Shown here: positions 10,167 through 19,986 of the stretch, piece after piece | Layout: the number at the start of each line of letters is the position of its first letter | Numbering within the stretch: the stretch's first letter is position 1 | Virus record (IMG/VR): IMGVR_UViG_3300021962_000143 | Span: 1-54,082 of that record | Origin: a virus | Lineage: Duplodnaviria > Caudoviricetes | DNA: 54,082 bases | Direction: 5' to 3' (one strand) | Notes under the pieces: generated by a model | Told to the model about the DNA's origin: nothing | The model's input: only the letters and a program-made list of their open reading frames with translations | Databases searched by the model: none | Translations under genes and position numbers: made by a program

Positions 10167-10570
10167 TGGCTAAAGAAAAAGCTATCTCACTTCCTTTTAG
10201 CATAGACAGTTTTGGTGCTGTGGGAAGCACAACAGAACAACCTAAGATTTGGGCAGACAGAGTTCGCTCTGTGCTAGGAACTTCTCTACGAGAAAGAGTT
10301 ATGAAACCAACGTTTGGGACTCTAATACCCTTCTCGCTATTTAACTCTGTTGAGAACGCGGTGCATGAAATAAAAGACGAGGTTACAAAAGCTTTTAATA
10401 AGCAACTTCCGCTCTTAAAGTTGACTGCAGTTGATGTGTCTCAAGCACAGGTAACAAATGAACTTACAATATCGGTCACCTACGCTTTACCAAACCAAGA
10501 AGTAGCTAAAACAACAATTGGGTACGTATCTATCCAAGGCAATATCCCACTTTACGAGGAGTTATTATGA
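10166..10570 (+). CDS. Baseplate wedge protein (gp25-like)
   Basis: AISLPF, VLGTSLRERVMKPTFG; TAATG coupling. Confidence 0.9.
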   Translation: MAKEKAISLPFSIDSFGAVGSTTEQPKIWADRVRSVLGTSLRERVMKPTFGTLIPFSLFNSVENAVHEIKDEVTKAFNKQLPLLKLTAVDVSQAQVTNELTISVTYALPNQEVAKTTIGYVSIQGNIPLYEELL

Positions 10571-12585
10571 CAATTTCCCCAGTATCTAATATCCCAATAT
10601 CAGTTGATTACACTGGACGAGACTACTACTCTATTCGTGAGCAGTTGATTGCTCGTATCCAAGAACGAATTCCTGAGTGGAATGCTTCTGACCCATCAGA
10701 CTTTGGCGTTGCTTTGGTAGAAGCTTTTGCATACATGGGGGACTTGCTTGCCTACTACGTAGACCGAACAGCAAACGAGTTTTCGCTTGCTACTGCAACA
10801 CAGAGAAACAGCCTTTTAAATATCGCACAAACTTACGGCTACATTCCGTCTGGGTATAGAAGCGCTCTTGTTGATGTAACCTTTTTCAATAATAACAACA
10901 CCTCTTCTTCTGGGACGTTGACAGCAACTGGTAACGGAACAACAATCACATACGTTGGAAGTAACTCTTTTGTGTTAAACGGATTTGCTACTGTAACTGG
11001 ATTTACAACCTCAACATTTAATGTTACAAATGCTTTAATCACAGCTGCTTCATCAACTCAATTCACCGTATCAGTTACGGGCGTAAGTGGTACGGCAAGC
11101 GGTACAGGAACAGCGGTAATGGTTTACCCAGCCGTATCTCTTCCTGCTGGAACAGTTGTTTCTGGAGATGTTGTAACAGAAGACGTAGTCCAACCTGTTT
11201 ACTTTACAACTTTGAATGACGCTGAAATTGCTGCAAACAGTACGTATACAGTCACTGCAGAAGAAGGAAGAAGTATTGCTGTTGTTGACCCTTCTTCTGA
11301 TTATACCTATGGTCAACAAGTAGGTGTATCTACTCAAACTCCTAACATGTCTTTTGAACTATTAAACACACCAGTAGTTGATGACAGTATCTCCGTGTAC
11401 ATTCAATACGGAGACATCTATTCAAAGTGGTTACAGGTACAGCACTTGTTAGATTACGGCCCAACTGATTTGGTATACACAGTTAAATCAGATGAAAATG
11501 ATGTTGTAACAATTAACTTTGGAGACGGAGTTTCTGGTGCAATACCAGTAAACCAGTCTGTAATTAGAGCTATGTATCGTGTTGGTGGCGGTTCGTTTGG
11601 AAATATTTCTAGTGGAATTATTGACACGCTTTCTTACGTCCCAAATTTAACAAGCAATCAAGTTACTGCTTTGGCGTCAGCAATCACAGTCAACAATGGA
11701 ACTGCTGCTTTTGGTGGGTCTGACCCCGAAAGCAACGATGAAATACGAAGTAATGCTCCATTAGCTTTAAGAGCTTCAAACAGAGCAATCACCTTAGAGG
11801 ACTACAAAAACTTAGCACTTTCAGTTACAGGTGTGGGTAAAGCAAACGCTTATGGCTCTACTTGGACATCTGTGACTGTTTACATTGCTCCAACTAGAAA
11901 CTTAAATGACACTGATATAAACCCAGGACTAACAGACACTGGAGCTACTTCTTCTGAATACAACGAATTGGCAGTTGAAGTTGCGGACTATCTATCAGAC
12001 AAACTATTGATTGGTAGTTCAGTAACAATTCAACCACCTATTTACTCTGACCTAATTATTACAGTACAGTATGCAAAACTTCCACAGTACACACAAGCAG
12101 AAGTAGAAATAAGCATTAAAAAAGCATTGCTACTTGTGTACGGTTATATTGGAATGAACTTTCAAGACACAATTTACCCTCAAGACATTGAGTATATCCT
12201 TAACCAAACTGCAGGGGTTAAAACTGCAAAGCTAACAGGCCTCTATAAGAGTGGTTCAACAATCACTGGTAATGCAACAAACGTAAAGGTGGGGTACAAC
12301 TTAGACACCGTTGCTTCAGGTTACATTACCTACACCGTCAACCAAAAACATGCGTTCAAAGCTGGTGGAACAATAACTATCACTGGTTTATCTGCAGCTG
12401 GGTTTAACGTATCAAGTGCAGCAATTGTTGCTGTTGACGACACCAGAATTGTAGTTGCAAACGCAACTACTGGAACAGCTTCTGGAACTGGAATCATTAC
12501 AGGACTAACACCGTTAAACGGTGCTCCTAATGAGATATTTAGGTTTAAAGAAAGCAACATGAATATTGGAATTTACAGTGGATGA
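10567..12585 (+). CDS. Baseplate J / gp6-like wedge protein with two inserted beta-barrel modules
   Basis: VDYTGRDY, DFGVALVE, FGDGVSGAIP, GGSDPES, RAITLEDY. Confidence 0.93.
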   Translation: MTISPVSNIPISVDYTGRDYYSIREQLIARIQERIPEWNASDPSDFGVALVEAFAYMGDLLAYYVDRTANEFSLATATQRNSLLNIAQTYGYIPSGYRSALVDVTFFNNNNTSSSGTLTATGNGTTITYVGSNSFVLNGFATVTGFTTSTFNVTNALITAASSTQFTVSVTGVSGTASGTGTAVMVYPAVSLPAGTVVSGDVVTEDVVQPVYFTTLNDAEIAANSTYTVTAEEGRSIAVVDPSSDYTYGQQVGVSTQTPNMSFELLNTPVVDDSISVYIQYGDIYSKWLQVQHLLDYGPTDLVYTVKSDENDVVTINFGDGVSGAIPVNQSVIRAMYRVGGGSFGNISSGIIDTLSYVPNLTSNQVTALASAITVNNGTAAFGGSDPESNDEIRSNAPLALRASNRAITLEDYKNLALSVTGVGKANAYGSTWTSVTVYIAPTRNLNDTDINPGLTDTGATSSEYNELAVEVADYLSDKLLIGSSVTIQPPIYSDLIITVQYAKLPQYTQAEVEISIKKALLLVYGYIGMNFQDTIYPQDIEYILNQTAGVKTAKLTGLYKSGSTITGNATNVKVGYNLDTVASGYITYTVNQKHAFKAGGTITITGLSAAGFNVSSAAIVAVDDTRIVVANATTGTASGTGIITGLTPLNGAPNEIFRFKESNMNIGIYSG

Positions 12586-13045
12586 TATCCGTAAGAATGT
12601 TGGGTTCTATAGAGGTGTGGTTCAAAACAACAGAGACCCATTAAACCAACGCAGACTACAAGTTTCTGTACCTCAAACAACTGGGGTTGAAGTAACTGAT
12701 TGGGTTTGGCCTATAGAACCACATGGGATACACACAGCTCCTCCAAAAATTGGACAAGGAGTTTGGATTTCTTACGTGTCTGGAGACTCTGAGTACCCAG
12801 TGTGGGCAGGAGCGTTTGGCAAACATCAGGGAGACAACAAGCCCTATTTAATAACTCCGTTGTCTAACTCTGTTTCTTTGTCAGGATTAACTCCATACCT
12901 TAAAGTTGCAACAGAACCTGATGGAACGCAAGTCGTGGACTTAACACAAACCCTTTTAGCTATGGCAGCTACCCTAAAAGACCACGAAACTCGTATTGCT
13001 GTTCTAGAAGCTCAAATGCCTATTGCTCTTCAAAATGGACTTTAG
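12566..13045 (+). CDS. Gp5/VgrG-like OB-fold spike protein (short)
   Basis: YRGVVQNNRDPLNQRRLQVSVP, PKIGQGVWISY..GD.EYPVW; GTG 12578 is an alternative start. Confidence 0.85.
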   Translation: MEFTVDDIRKNVGFYRGVVQNNRDPLNQRRLQVSVPQTTGVEVTDWVWPIEPHGIHTAPPKIGQGVWISYVSGDSEYPVWAGAFGKHQGDNKPYLITPLSNSVSLSGLTPYLKVATEPDGTQVVDLTQTLLAMAATLKDHETRIAVLEAQMPIALQNGL

Positions 13046-13101
13046 CAACTAAACCCACAGTAAACCAGAGAAAATACAACATTACGATGGAAAGGTAACC
13101 C

Positions 13102-13785
13102 ATGGCAGTCTATTACCCAGGGAATATTAAGAACGACTTTAGCTCTAAGGTTGACTTTACAGACACAGTTATTGCGTCTCACATCAACGACCTTCAGGGT
13201 GAAGTAACGGCTATTGAGACTACCCTTGGAACTTACCCACTGACAAGTTCTGGATGGGGAACAACAGGGTTTGACACAACAACTACAACTTGGTCAACAG
13301 TAAAAGACCGTATTAACAACATTGAAGTTGGAATAGCAAACACCCGTGCACAGGTTGCGGCTATTTCAGCGGAAACACTTGCAGGAACAACTTTAAAAAG
13401 CACAATTACAGGCTCTTCTTTAACCTCTTTTGGTACATCCCCAGTACTAAACGACCCAAAGATGTATATGAGCATTAACGGTAAGACTGCTTCTTATACT
13501 GCAGTACTGTCTGATGCGGACAAGCTTGTGACAATGACTGTTGCTGGAGCTAACGTGTTCTCAATACCTACTAATGCAACTGTTCCGTTCCCTATAGGTA
13601 CAAAAATTCATGTTGCTCAATTTGGAGCTGGAACAACAACAATTTCTGCAGTAACTCCAGCTACAACAACTTTAGTTTCTGCTGGAGCAACTCCTGCCGC
13701 ACCTTACACACGTGTGCAATACTCATCAGCAACATGTATAAAGACTGGAACCGATACCTGGTTTATCCTTGGCGATATCCGATAG
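13102..13785 (+). CDS. Tail fibre/adaptor-like structural protein
   Basis: N-terminal ASHINDLQGEV..IE..LG; C-terminal YTAVLSDA..IPTNATVPFPIGT..W.I.GD beta domain. Confidence 0.6.
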   Translation: MAVYYPGNIKNDFSSKVDFTDTVIASHINDLQGEVTAIETTLGTYPLTSSGWGTTGFDTTTTTWSTVKDRINNIEVGIANTRAQVAAISAETLAGTTLKSTITGSSLTSFGTSPVLNDPKMYMSINGKTASYTAVLSDADKLVTMTVAGANVFSIPTNATVPFPIGTKIHVAQFGAGTTTISAVTPATTTLVSAGATPAAPYTRVQYSSATCIKTGTDTWFILGDIR

Positions 13786-13793
13786 GACTTTAA

Positions 13794-16043
13794 ATGGCTA
13801 ACTACGGTAATGCGGTTTATGGTATATCCAAGTATGGGCTTAGCCCTCTTTTGGCGTACTCAGTTGAGCCAATGTCTGTGTTGGTTACTGACTTTCATGA
13901 GTCGTACGTTTACTGGCAAACACCTACTGGTACATACTCCCGTGTAAGAATTGTGCGTAACCAAAGCAGTTACCCAGAAACAGCAGAAGATGGAATCATT
14001 GTTTACGAAGAAGCAACCTCTACTTTTACAAAAACCGTGTTTAATGACGGAGGTGGAGTAGAAGACTACGCTACAACACCTGCTTTGGTTCCAGGAAAAC
14101 CAGTTTACTACAGAGTGTTTTTGTTTACTTCATCTTTATCTTGGGTTGTTGCTGGTTCAGTTGCAGCTATCGTACCAACTGACCATCAATCATCTGAAAA
14201 ATTACTTAACTTTTTACCACGAGTTTTTACAAGTGCAGCTCAAAGCCCACTGTCTCCTGTAGACCCTACATCTGCTCTAGCATCTTTCATTGATGCTTTT
14301 GGGTTTGATTTAGAAGAGGTAATCACTTATTTAGATTTACTAATACCTGACCATACAAGAGTCTCAACAGTTGCTTCTATGATTCCATTGGAAGTAGCAA
14401 ACTATGGGCTACTACATGAGTCTGGTTTACCTGTCAAAAATCAAAAGCATTTAATCCGTGAAGCAGTTTATATGTACAACAACAAGGGAACTTTAAACGG
14501 ATTAGGCACCTATATTGAATCATTGACTGGGTATGCTCCAACTTTAACTATATCTAAAAACCTAATGTTAACACCGCAAGACTCAACGTTCTATAAATCA
14601 ACTGGTAGTTGGTCTGCAACAAACGCAACTTTAACTTCTACGACAGAACAAGTTCCACCAACAAACTCAAACAACATTGATTTAACTTACACATGTAAAA
14701 TCGTTGCAAGTGGTGCAGGCTCAATGACTTTAGGTGTTACTGACCCAATTAGAACTGGAATCCCTGTTTCTCCTGCAACTTACTACACTTTTTCTGCTCA
14801 AGTAAAGTCACCAACAAGTGCTGGAACTATAACTCCTGCAATTACTTTCTATGACGGTAAAGGCACACAGATTAACAGCACAGTTTCTGGGACAGCAACT
14901 AGCGCAACAAACACTTGGGCACAAACATCCGTTAGCTCTAGAACAACAAAGAATGTTTACTCAGCTATTCTTTCGGCAACTGGTGCTTCTGGAACAATAA
15001 CTTTTACCACTTCAGGAGACCACAATCTTATTGCTGGAGAAACAATTACCACATCTGGATTTACTGGTTCTGATACGGGGTTTAATTTAACTGGAGTTAC
15101 AATTGTTTCTGCTCCTACAACAACTACATTTACAGTAACCTCTGCAGTAACAGGCACTACTACTACAACAGGGTATGTCACTAACTCAAACACAGACGCT
15201 GTTTACGCAAGTCTTAAGCTATCTTGGTCAGCTGCAGGAACATACTATGTTGACATGGCCTGCGTTCAAACAGGTCAAACAGTTGTTTACGATGAAGCAA
15301 GAGCTTTAGACATATTTTTAAACCCAGATAAAACAAACTATATTAAAAACCCTACATTTGAAACGAATGTCACAAACAGCTGGACAAAAGTTGGTGCTGG
15401 ACTAACGGTCACACAAGATGTTAGCTATCCAACTGAGTCTTATTCGGGAACTCACAGTGCAAAATTAGTAAACACAACTGGAGCATGGTCATACACCTCT
15501 AACACATTCCCCGTAACAGAAGGTCAGTACTACTCGCTTTCCTTCTACAAAAAAGCAACTGCAAACTTTACGGTTAGTTTAGTAGGTAGAGACTCTTCTG
15601 GAACAGTAGTAACAACAGGAGCAGCAACACCTTATACAGTTACATCATCTGCAACATGGGTTCAAGACCAGTATGTAGACACAGTTAGAAGTGCTTCTGG
15701 TTCTTTAGGAGCGGCTCTTGTAGGTATCGGAACTGGAGTTGCAACACTAGAGGTTGTTTTTTCAGGAACTGGTGCTAACACAATCTACTTAGACTCTATA
15801 CAAGCAGAGCAGTCACCGACTGTAACAGACTACTTTGACGGTAGCCTGTCATCCATTAGCGGTAACCCATTTGGAGCTGTTTGGCAAGGTACAGTTGGAA
15901 ACTCTTACTCCTCAGTATACAATAGCAAACCACTCAAGGTTCCACGCCTTGGGTATACGCTAAAGGATTGGGTACCTCAAAACCTATTCTGGAGAATTAG
16001 AACCTACGAAGCCTTGGAGTACACAAATCTAACGGCGGTGTAG
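13794..16043 (+). CDS. Baseplate wedge/tail protein (gp7/tail I-like) with carbohydrate-binding-like domains
   Basis: LLNFLPRVF, YNNKGTLNGL..IESLTG; NYIKNPTFE..W, YLDSIQAEQ..TDYFDG. Confidence 0.75.
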   Translation: MANYGNAVYGISKYGLSPLLAYSVEPMSVLVTDFHESYVYWQTPTGTYSRVRIVRNQSSYPETAEDGIIVYEEATSTFTKTVFNDGGGVEDYATTPALVPGKPVYYRVFLFTSSLSWVVAGSVAAIVPTDHQSSEKLLNFLPRVFTSAAQSPLSPVDPTSALASFIDAFGFDLEEVITYLDLLIPDHTRVSTVASMIPLEVANYGLLHESGLPVKNQKHLIREAVYMYNNKGTLNGLGTYIESLTGYAPTLTISKNLMLTPQDSTFYKSTGSWSATNATLTSTTEQVPPTNSNNIDLTYTCKIVASGAGSMTLGVTDPIRTGIPVSPATYYTFSAQVKSPTSAGTITPAITFYDGKGTQINSTVSGTATSATNTWAQTSVSSRTTKNVYSAILSATGASGTITFTTSGDHNLIAGETITTSGFTGSDTGFNLTGVTIVSAPTTTTFTVTSAVTGTTTTTGYVTNSNTDAVYASLKLSWSAAGTYYVDMACVQTGQTVVYDEARALDIFLNPDKTNYIKNPTFETNVTNSWTKVGAGLTVTQDVSYPTESYSGTHSAKLVNTTGAWSYTSNTFPVTEGQYYSLSFYKKATANFTVSLVGRDSSGTVVTTGAATPYTVTSSATWVQDQYVDTVRSASGSLGAALVGIGTGVATLEVVFSGTGANTIYLDSIQAEQSPTVTDYFDGSLSSISGNPFGAVWQGTVGNSYSSVYNSKPLKVPRLGYTLKDWVPQNLFWRIRTYEALEYTNLTAV

Positions 16044-16046
16044 TAT
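16041..16046 (+). promoter_or_regulatory. -10 element TAGTAT of a probable leaderless transcript
   Basis: TANNNT followed by 6 nt then ATG 16053; no SD. Confidence 0.5.
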
Positions 16047-16052
16047 GCGCCC

Positions 16053-16328
16053 ATGGTTAATCTACTTATCTCAGTAATCCTTTCAGGTATAGCAGTAACT
16101 TTTGCCATTGAGTTTTTAGCTCTTGGTTTACAACTTATAATTGGCAAGGAAAAAATCTACTCAATTATGTCGTTGCCATTAAGTTTTGGCGCACTCACAT
16201 GCTTCTATGAAATCAATTTGCGATTCGTAGTTGCAGTACCAGCTATCTCTTTTATAGTGCTTTTCATAAACAAATACATAAATAAACCAATGGTTTTAAC
16301 TACACCACGCCGACTACCGCCACTATAG
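16053..16328 (+). CDS. Small membrane protein (holin-like)
   Basis: Three hydrophobic segments and a basic C-terminus; at the end of the tail module. Confidence 0.5.
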   Translation: MVNLLISVILSGIAVTFAIEFLALGLQLIIGKEKIYSIMSLPLSFGALTCFYEINLRFVVAVPAISFIVLFINKYINKPMVLTTPRRLPPL

Positions 16329-16335
16329 GAGCACA

Positions 16336-16929
16336 ATGAAAATCGCTGTTTTTTCAGAAGATGATTTAGATGTATCAGCAGGCATTGATGCACTTCTCAC
16401 GAAGTATTCTGAACAATCGCCCGAAGTACTTTTTCCAGTAAAGACAGATTACGAAGACTTCTCTCAAAGCATCATACGAAAGTGTTTAGAGAACCAGGTT
16501 AAAGTAACTGCTTTTTTAAGTGACGCCACAGATGTAGGTCACATTATCAAACAGGTTGATGGCTTTGTAGTTTGCGAAGACCCAGTTCAAGATGTGCTAA
16601 GACAACTCTTGCCAGGAGATGCCATAGGTATCGTTTGGACCGACAGCCTTACTGACCACCTCATCCTTCATACAGTTGAAGACTTGGCTTTAGACACGTG
16701 GGATATAACCGATGGAATGGACCCCATTGAAATGGATGATAACCCATTTGTAGGTATGGACCCAGAAGAACTGCACGACGGTATGCACAAGGCACTGGCA
16801 GTCTTTGTGGACATGATGAGCGCTTTCATAGCCAGCACGGTCATGGAGTCACTAGGCCAAGCAGTTGTTCAGCATCTAAACGAGCAGTTGGACAAAAAAG
16901 ACATATCACCATTTGAAGATGAGGAGTAG
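16336..16929 (+). CDS. Hypothetical acidic protein
   Basis: SD AGGAG; 197 aa ORF. Confidence 0.6.
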   Translation: MKIAVFSEDDLDVSAGIDALLTKYSEQSPEVLFPVKTDYEDFSQSIIRKCLENQVKVTAFLSDATDVGHIIKQVDGFVVCEDPVQDVLRQLLPGDAIGIVWTDSLTDHLILHTVEDLALDTWDITDGMDPIEMDDNPFVGMDPEELHDGMHKALAVFVDMMSAFIASTVMESLGQAVVQHLNEQLDKKDISPFEDEE

Positions 16930-16932
16930 GCT
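16927..16932 (+). promoter_or_regulatory. -10 element TAGGCT of a probable leaderless transcript
   Basis: TANNNT, 6 nt, GTG 16939. Confidence 0.45.
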
Positions 16933-16938
16933 CAGCCC

Positions 16939-17910
16939 GTGTACATCCCGTCAGAAGCCTATTCAGCCAAGATAACTGATTTTCAGTTCCGTCTCTTTGC
17001 CATACTGTGCCGTTTTGCGGGCCCTAGCGGGCTCGTAGAGACCACAGTAGCCCAGCTTTGTATAGAGACTGGCAAGACAAGCGACAAGACCATTCGTAGC
17101 GCCTTACAAGGACTTGAGACAGCAGGGCTTATTGAGACAGCCCAGACCAAGCGTGCTAACGGGTACCAGGGACGGAAAAAAATTACGGTAAAAAATTACC
17201 AACAAAATCCTGAGTTGGTAAAAAATTACCGCACCTCACATGACTATGTGGCTAGTAGTTATATTAACCATCCTAGCTATAAGCCATTAGTACCTAATAG
17301 CCAAGCTAGTTATAAATTAAAAGAATCTGAAACCGTAGGTTTCACAAAGGAGATTAAGGTTCCTATGAGAAAATGGGAAGATGATGGAGACAATCTGGCA
17401 GGCTTTGGACTCGTTGAGCCTAAAGACGCCCCACAGCCCAAGATACGAAAGAGCGACCCCAAAACCAGAGGTAGACGACCAGAGCACGAATGGACAGCGA
17501 TGGACGTGGCTGCTGAATTTAGTTACCAGGTTGGCAGAAAATACCCGCTACTTCCAGGAACTGTATCCGTCAAACAACTATCGGGCGCACTCCGCAAGTT
17601 CCGTTCACAGTACGGAACCACACCGCTCATAGAGCTAGAGTTGCTTCGCTTGTTCATGCAAGATGAGCGAAACTTCAAAGATATTGGGGATGAGGCTCCT
17701 CACCTTTACAAGAAGTACCTTGCCTCCTTCGGCACGAAGATGAACCAAGCAAGAGAGAACCTAGGACTTAACAAGGTTACTGCTAAGATTGAGACTACCC
17801 CAGCATCTGGTACTCTCATCTCCAGTGACGGTCGTGTGTTCCAGAACTCTTTGAGTGGACGTGCACAACTAGAGCGACATGAGAAACGATTGAAAGGCAA
17901 GGAGAACTAA
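16939..17910 (+). CDS. Replication initiator with N-terminal winged HTH
   Basis: FRLFAIL..TVAQLC.ETG..DKTIRSALQGLE.AGLI wHTH; internal iterons; upstream of a DnaC-like ATPase and DnaB. Confidence 0.75.
   Translation: MYIPSEAYSAKITDFQFRLFAILCRFAGPSGLVETTVAQLCIETGKTSDKTIRSALQGLETAGLIETAQTKRANGYQGRKKITVKNYQQNPELVKNYRTSHDYVASSYINHPSYKPLVPNSQASYKLKESETVGFTKEIKVPMRKWEDDGDNLAGFGLVEPKDAPQPKIRKSDPKTRGRRPEHEWTAMDVAAEFSYQVGRKYPLLPGTVSVKQLSGALRKFRSQYGTTPLIELELLRLFMQDERNFKDIGDEAPHLYKKYLASFGTKMNQARENLGLNKVTAKIETTPASGTLISSDGRVFQNSLSGRAQLERHEKRLKGKEN
17174..17330. other. Putative replication origin: three GGTAA-N4-TTACC-type iterons plus an AT-rich stretch
   Basis: GGAAAAAAATTACG 17174, GGTAAAAAATTACC 17187 and 17217, then AT-rich sequence, all inside the initiator gene. 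Confidence 0.6.
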
Positions 17911-17912
17911 AC

Positions 17913-18221
17913 GTGGCAAAAAAGATTACAAAAACTTTTACTGCAACACTTACACTAAACACCGAACAAGGTGGCGCATGGTTGGCTAACGTCAGCCTTC
18001 TTACTCCAGCAGTTGACGCAGGTAATCCAAACTCAATGCAACCAGCAGATGCTGTAAGTGCAGAAGCAGCTTGGAAAAATGCATCAGCAGGAAAGCGTTG
18101 GATTAAATCACAGGTTCTAGCAATGACACCTCGCAAGAGTGTTAAAATGGAACCAACAAAGTTTGATAAGACAACCGAAAAAGCAACTGCTTTTGTAGGG
18201 AAGTTGGAGTTTAAAGCCTAA
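17913..18221 (+). CDS. Hypothetical protein
   Basis: SD AAGGAG; GTG start. Confidence 0.65.
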   Translation: MAKKITKTFTATLTLNTEQGGAWLANVSLLTPAVDAGNPNSMQPADAVSAEAAWKNASAGKRWIKSQVLAMTPRKSVKMEPTKFDKTTEKATAFVGKLEFKA

Positions 18222-18379
18222 TGTATGCATTTAACGAGGCTTTACTAGGAAAGGAAACACCAATGCCTAATTTGACACAGGACCCAGACTTCTTGGAATA
18301 CCTAGAAGAACATTCAGTTCCTGAAAATGAACGCCCTATTGCGTTCGCTGCTTGGCTTAAGGAAAACGAAGACAAGTAA
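18221..18379 (+). CDS. Small hypothetical protein (not in track)
   Basis: TAATG-coupled ORF MYAFNEALLGKETPMPNLTQDPDFLEYLEEH...KENEDK; the second ATG has SD AAGGA. Confidence 0.55.
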   Translation: MYAFNEALLGKETPMPNLTQDPDFLEYLEEHSVPENERPIAFAAWLKENEDK

Positions 18380-18538
18380 TTGGACGAAGAACAACTAGAG
18401 CAAGCCCTAATGCATTTATTTGAATTGGGGCTTGTTTCAGTTGACTACGATGAAGATTTAAATCCTCGGTTTGCAATAACGGATGAAGGCCGAGCAAAAG
18501 TAGAAGAAGAATTGGGGGGTAACACAAACGATGTATGA
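18380..18538 (+). CDS. Small hypothetical protein, wHTH-wing-like (not in track)
   Basis: TTG-start ORF MDEEQLEQALMHLFELGLVSVDYDEDLNPRFAITDEGRAKV fills the gap and overlaps the next start. Confidence 0.55.
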   Translation: MDEEQLEQALMHLFELGLVSVDYDEDLNPRFAITDEGRAKVEEELGGNTNDV

Positions 18539-19253
18539 CATCAACACTTTGTCGCCATTGAAAAAACATTGGCTACTACGGACTTCAAACATCCCACGTA
18601 GATTTATAGGTTTAGAGCCAAGTGACATTACTGAGAAGGTAGGTTCATTCCCAGGAGAAGTATCCTCTTGGGTTGACGACGTTATCTCAGGTCAGGTTAT
18701 TAAAAGCATTGGGAACATTGGGGTAAACGGTGTTGGTCTTGTCTTTGACGGCGGTCCAGGTCTTGGTAAAACAACTCATGCAGTTGTTGCTGCTATGGAG
18801 ATTGTTCGTCACTTACCAGATGACGATGCTTTAGCCAGTAAACTACTAGGACTTAATTCAACTGAGTACGGGTTAAAGTTTCGCCCTGTTTATTACATGA
18901 CATACCCAGAGTTTCTATCTCGTAAGAAGTCAACCTTTGACATGGATGGCGAAGACAAGCGAGAGATGAGTTATGAGTTAGATGGCTTTCATGGTCGTTG
19001 CCGTTTTGACTGGCTAAACGTAAGGGTATTAATTCTTGACGATTTAGGTAAAGAATACGGCTCTAAGTATGACGACACTTCATTTGATGAGATTCTAAGA
19101 CTGCGCTACGACAAGGGATTGCCTACAATTGTTACTACAAATGTGCGTTTAGAAAACTGGGAAGCACAGTACAGTGAAGCAATGGCAAGCTTTGCTAACG
19201 AAGCGTTCATAAGAGTCCCTATACTAGGTTCAGACTTACGAGGCGCTCAATGA
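18531..19253 (+). CDS. dnaC: DnaC/IstB-like AAA+ helicase loader
   Basis: SNIPRRF, Walker A GGPGLGKT, Walker B LILDDLGKE, RYDKGLPTIVTTN. Confidence 0.88.
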   Translation: MYDINTLSPLKKHWLLRTSNIPRRFIGLEPSDITEKVGSFPGEVSSWVDDVISGQVIKSIGNIGVNGVGLVFDGGPGLGKTTHAVVAAMEIVRHLPDDDALASKLLGLNSTEYGLKFRPVYYMTYPEFLSRKKSTFDMDGEDKREMSYELDGFHGRCRFDWLNVRVLILDDLGKEYGSKYDDTSFDEILRLRYDKGLPTIVTTNVRLENWEAQYSEAMASFANEAFIRVPILGSDLRGAQ

Positions 19254-19555
19254 AAGGACCTAGCATGAGTACAGAGTGGATGACTGTTCAGCAGTTCATC
19301 TCTGCTCAAGGTGTTGGTGTTTTTGAGGTTGAGCTAGAGACAAAGACAAAGCAGACTCGTTGCAACTGTCCAGTGTGGATTAAGAAGCAGTCTTGTAAAC
19401 ACACCTCTTTTGTGAACACTAAGATTAAAAACACAGGGCATTACTCAATCAATGTCCCAAACTCCGTCCCAGAAGAATGGGCATACGAAGCAAGCGAAGA
19501 CCCTAAGAAGTTTCGTGAGTTCGTAGTCAACTACGCAACGATAGAAGTTATATGA
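19250..19555 (+). CDS. SWIM zinc-finger protein
   Basis: CNCP..KQSCKH. Confidence 0.75.
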   Translation: MKGPSMSTEWMTVQQFISAQGVGVFEVELETKTKQTRCNCPVWIKKQSCKHTSFVNTKIKNTGHYSINVPNSVPEEWAYEASEDPKKFREFVVNYATIEVI

Positions 19556-19968
19556 AAAACGGAGACATATCAAACGTCTCCTCTCCGCAAGTTGTTTGTG
19601 TTACGGACGTAACCGTTAATCTAAAAGAAAATGTTTCCAAACGTCTTTTGATAAAACAAACTTCTTTAGCGGTAGGAGACATTGACTTACTAGCTGCTAA
19701 CAAGCTGTGGAAGCTTGCTAACACTTACGCAGTTTCTTTAGAGCTTGCTGGCTTTGAGAGCGAAGGCTGGACAGAAGAGCTTCTTGACAAAGCTTTTGAG
19801 AAGCTAGAGCGACGAGTGGTTAACCCGTTTAACTACTGGCAGCTTTATGAGGACCCACATGAGCTGGTAGGACTTCTTCCATACCGTGCTAATCTTAAGG
19901 CAGTGATAGATGTGCCAGGCCGAGTTGCGATGTACGGCTCAGCAGGAGTACAACTAGACAATATTTAG
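19552..19968 (+). CDS. Hypothetical protein (possibly degenerate HAD-like fold)
   Basis: ATGA overlap with the previous gene; alpha/beta pattern. Confidence 0.55.
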   Translation: MKNGDISNVSSPQVVCVTDVTVNLKENVSKRLLIKQTSLAVGDIDLLAANKLWKLANTYAVSLELAGFESEGWTEELLDKAFEKLERRVVNPFNYWQLYEDPHELVGLLPYRANLKAVIDVPGRVAMYGSAGVQLDNI

Positions 19969-19986
19969 TCCTTGAGGGAGGGCGCT

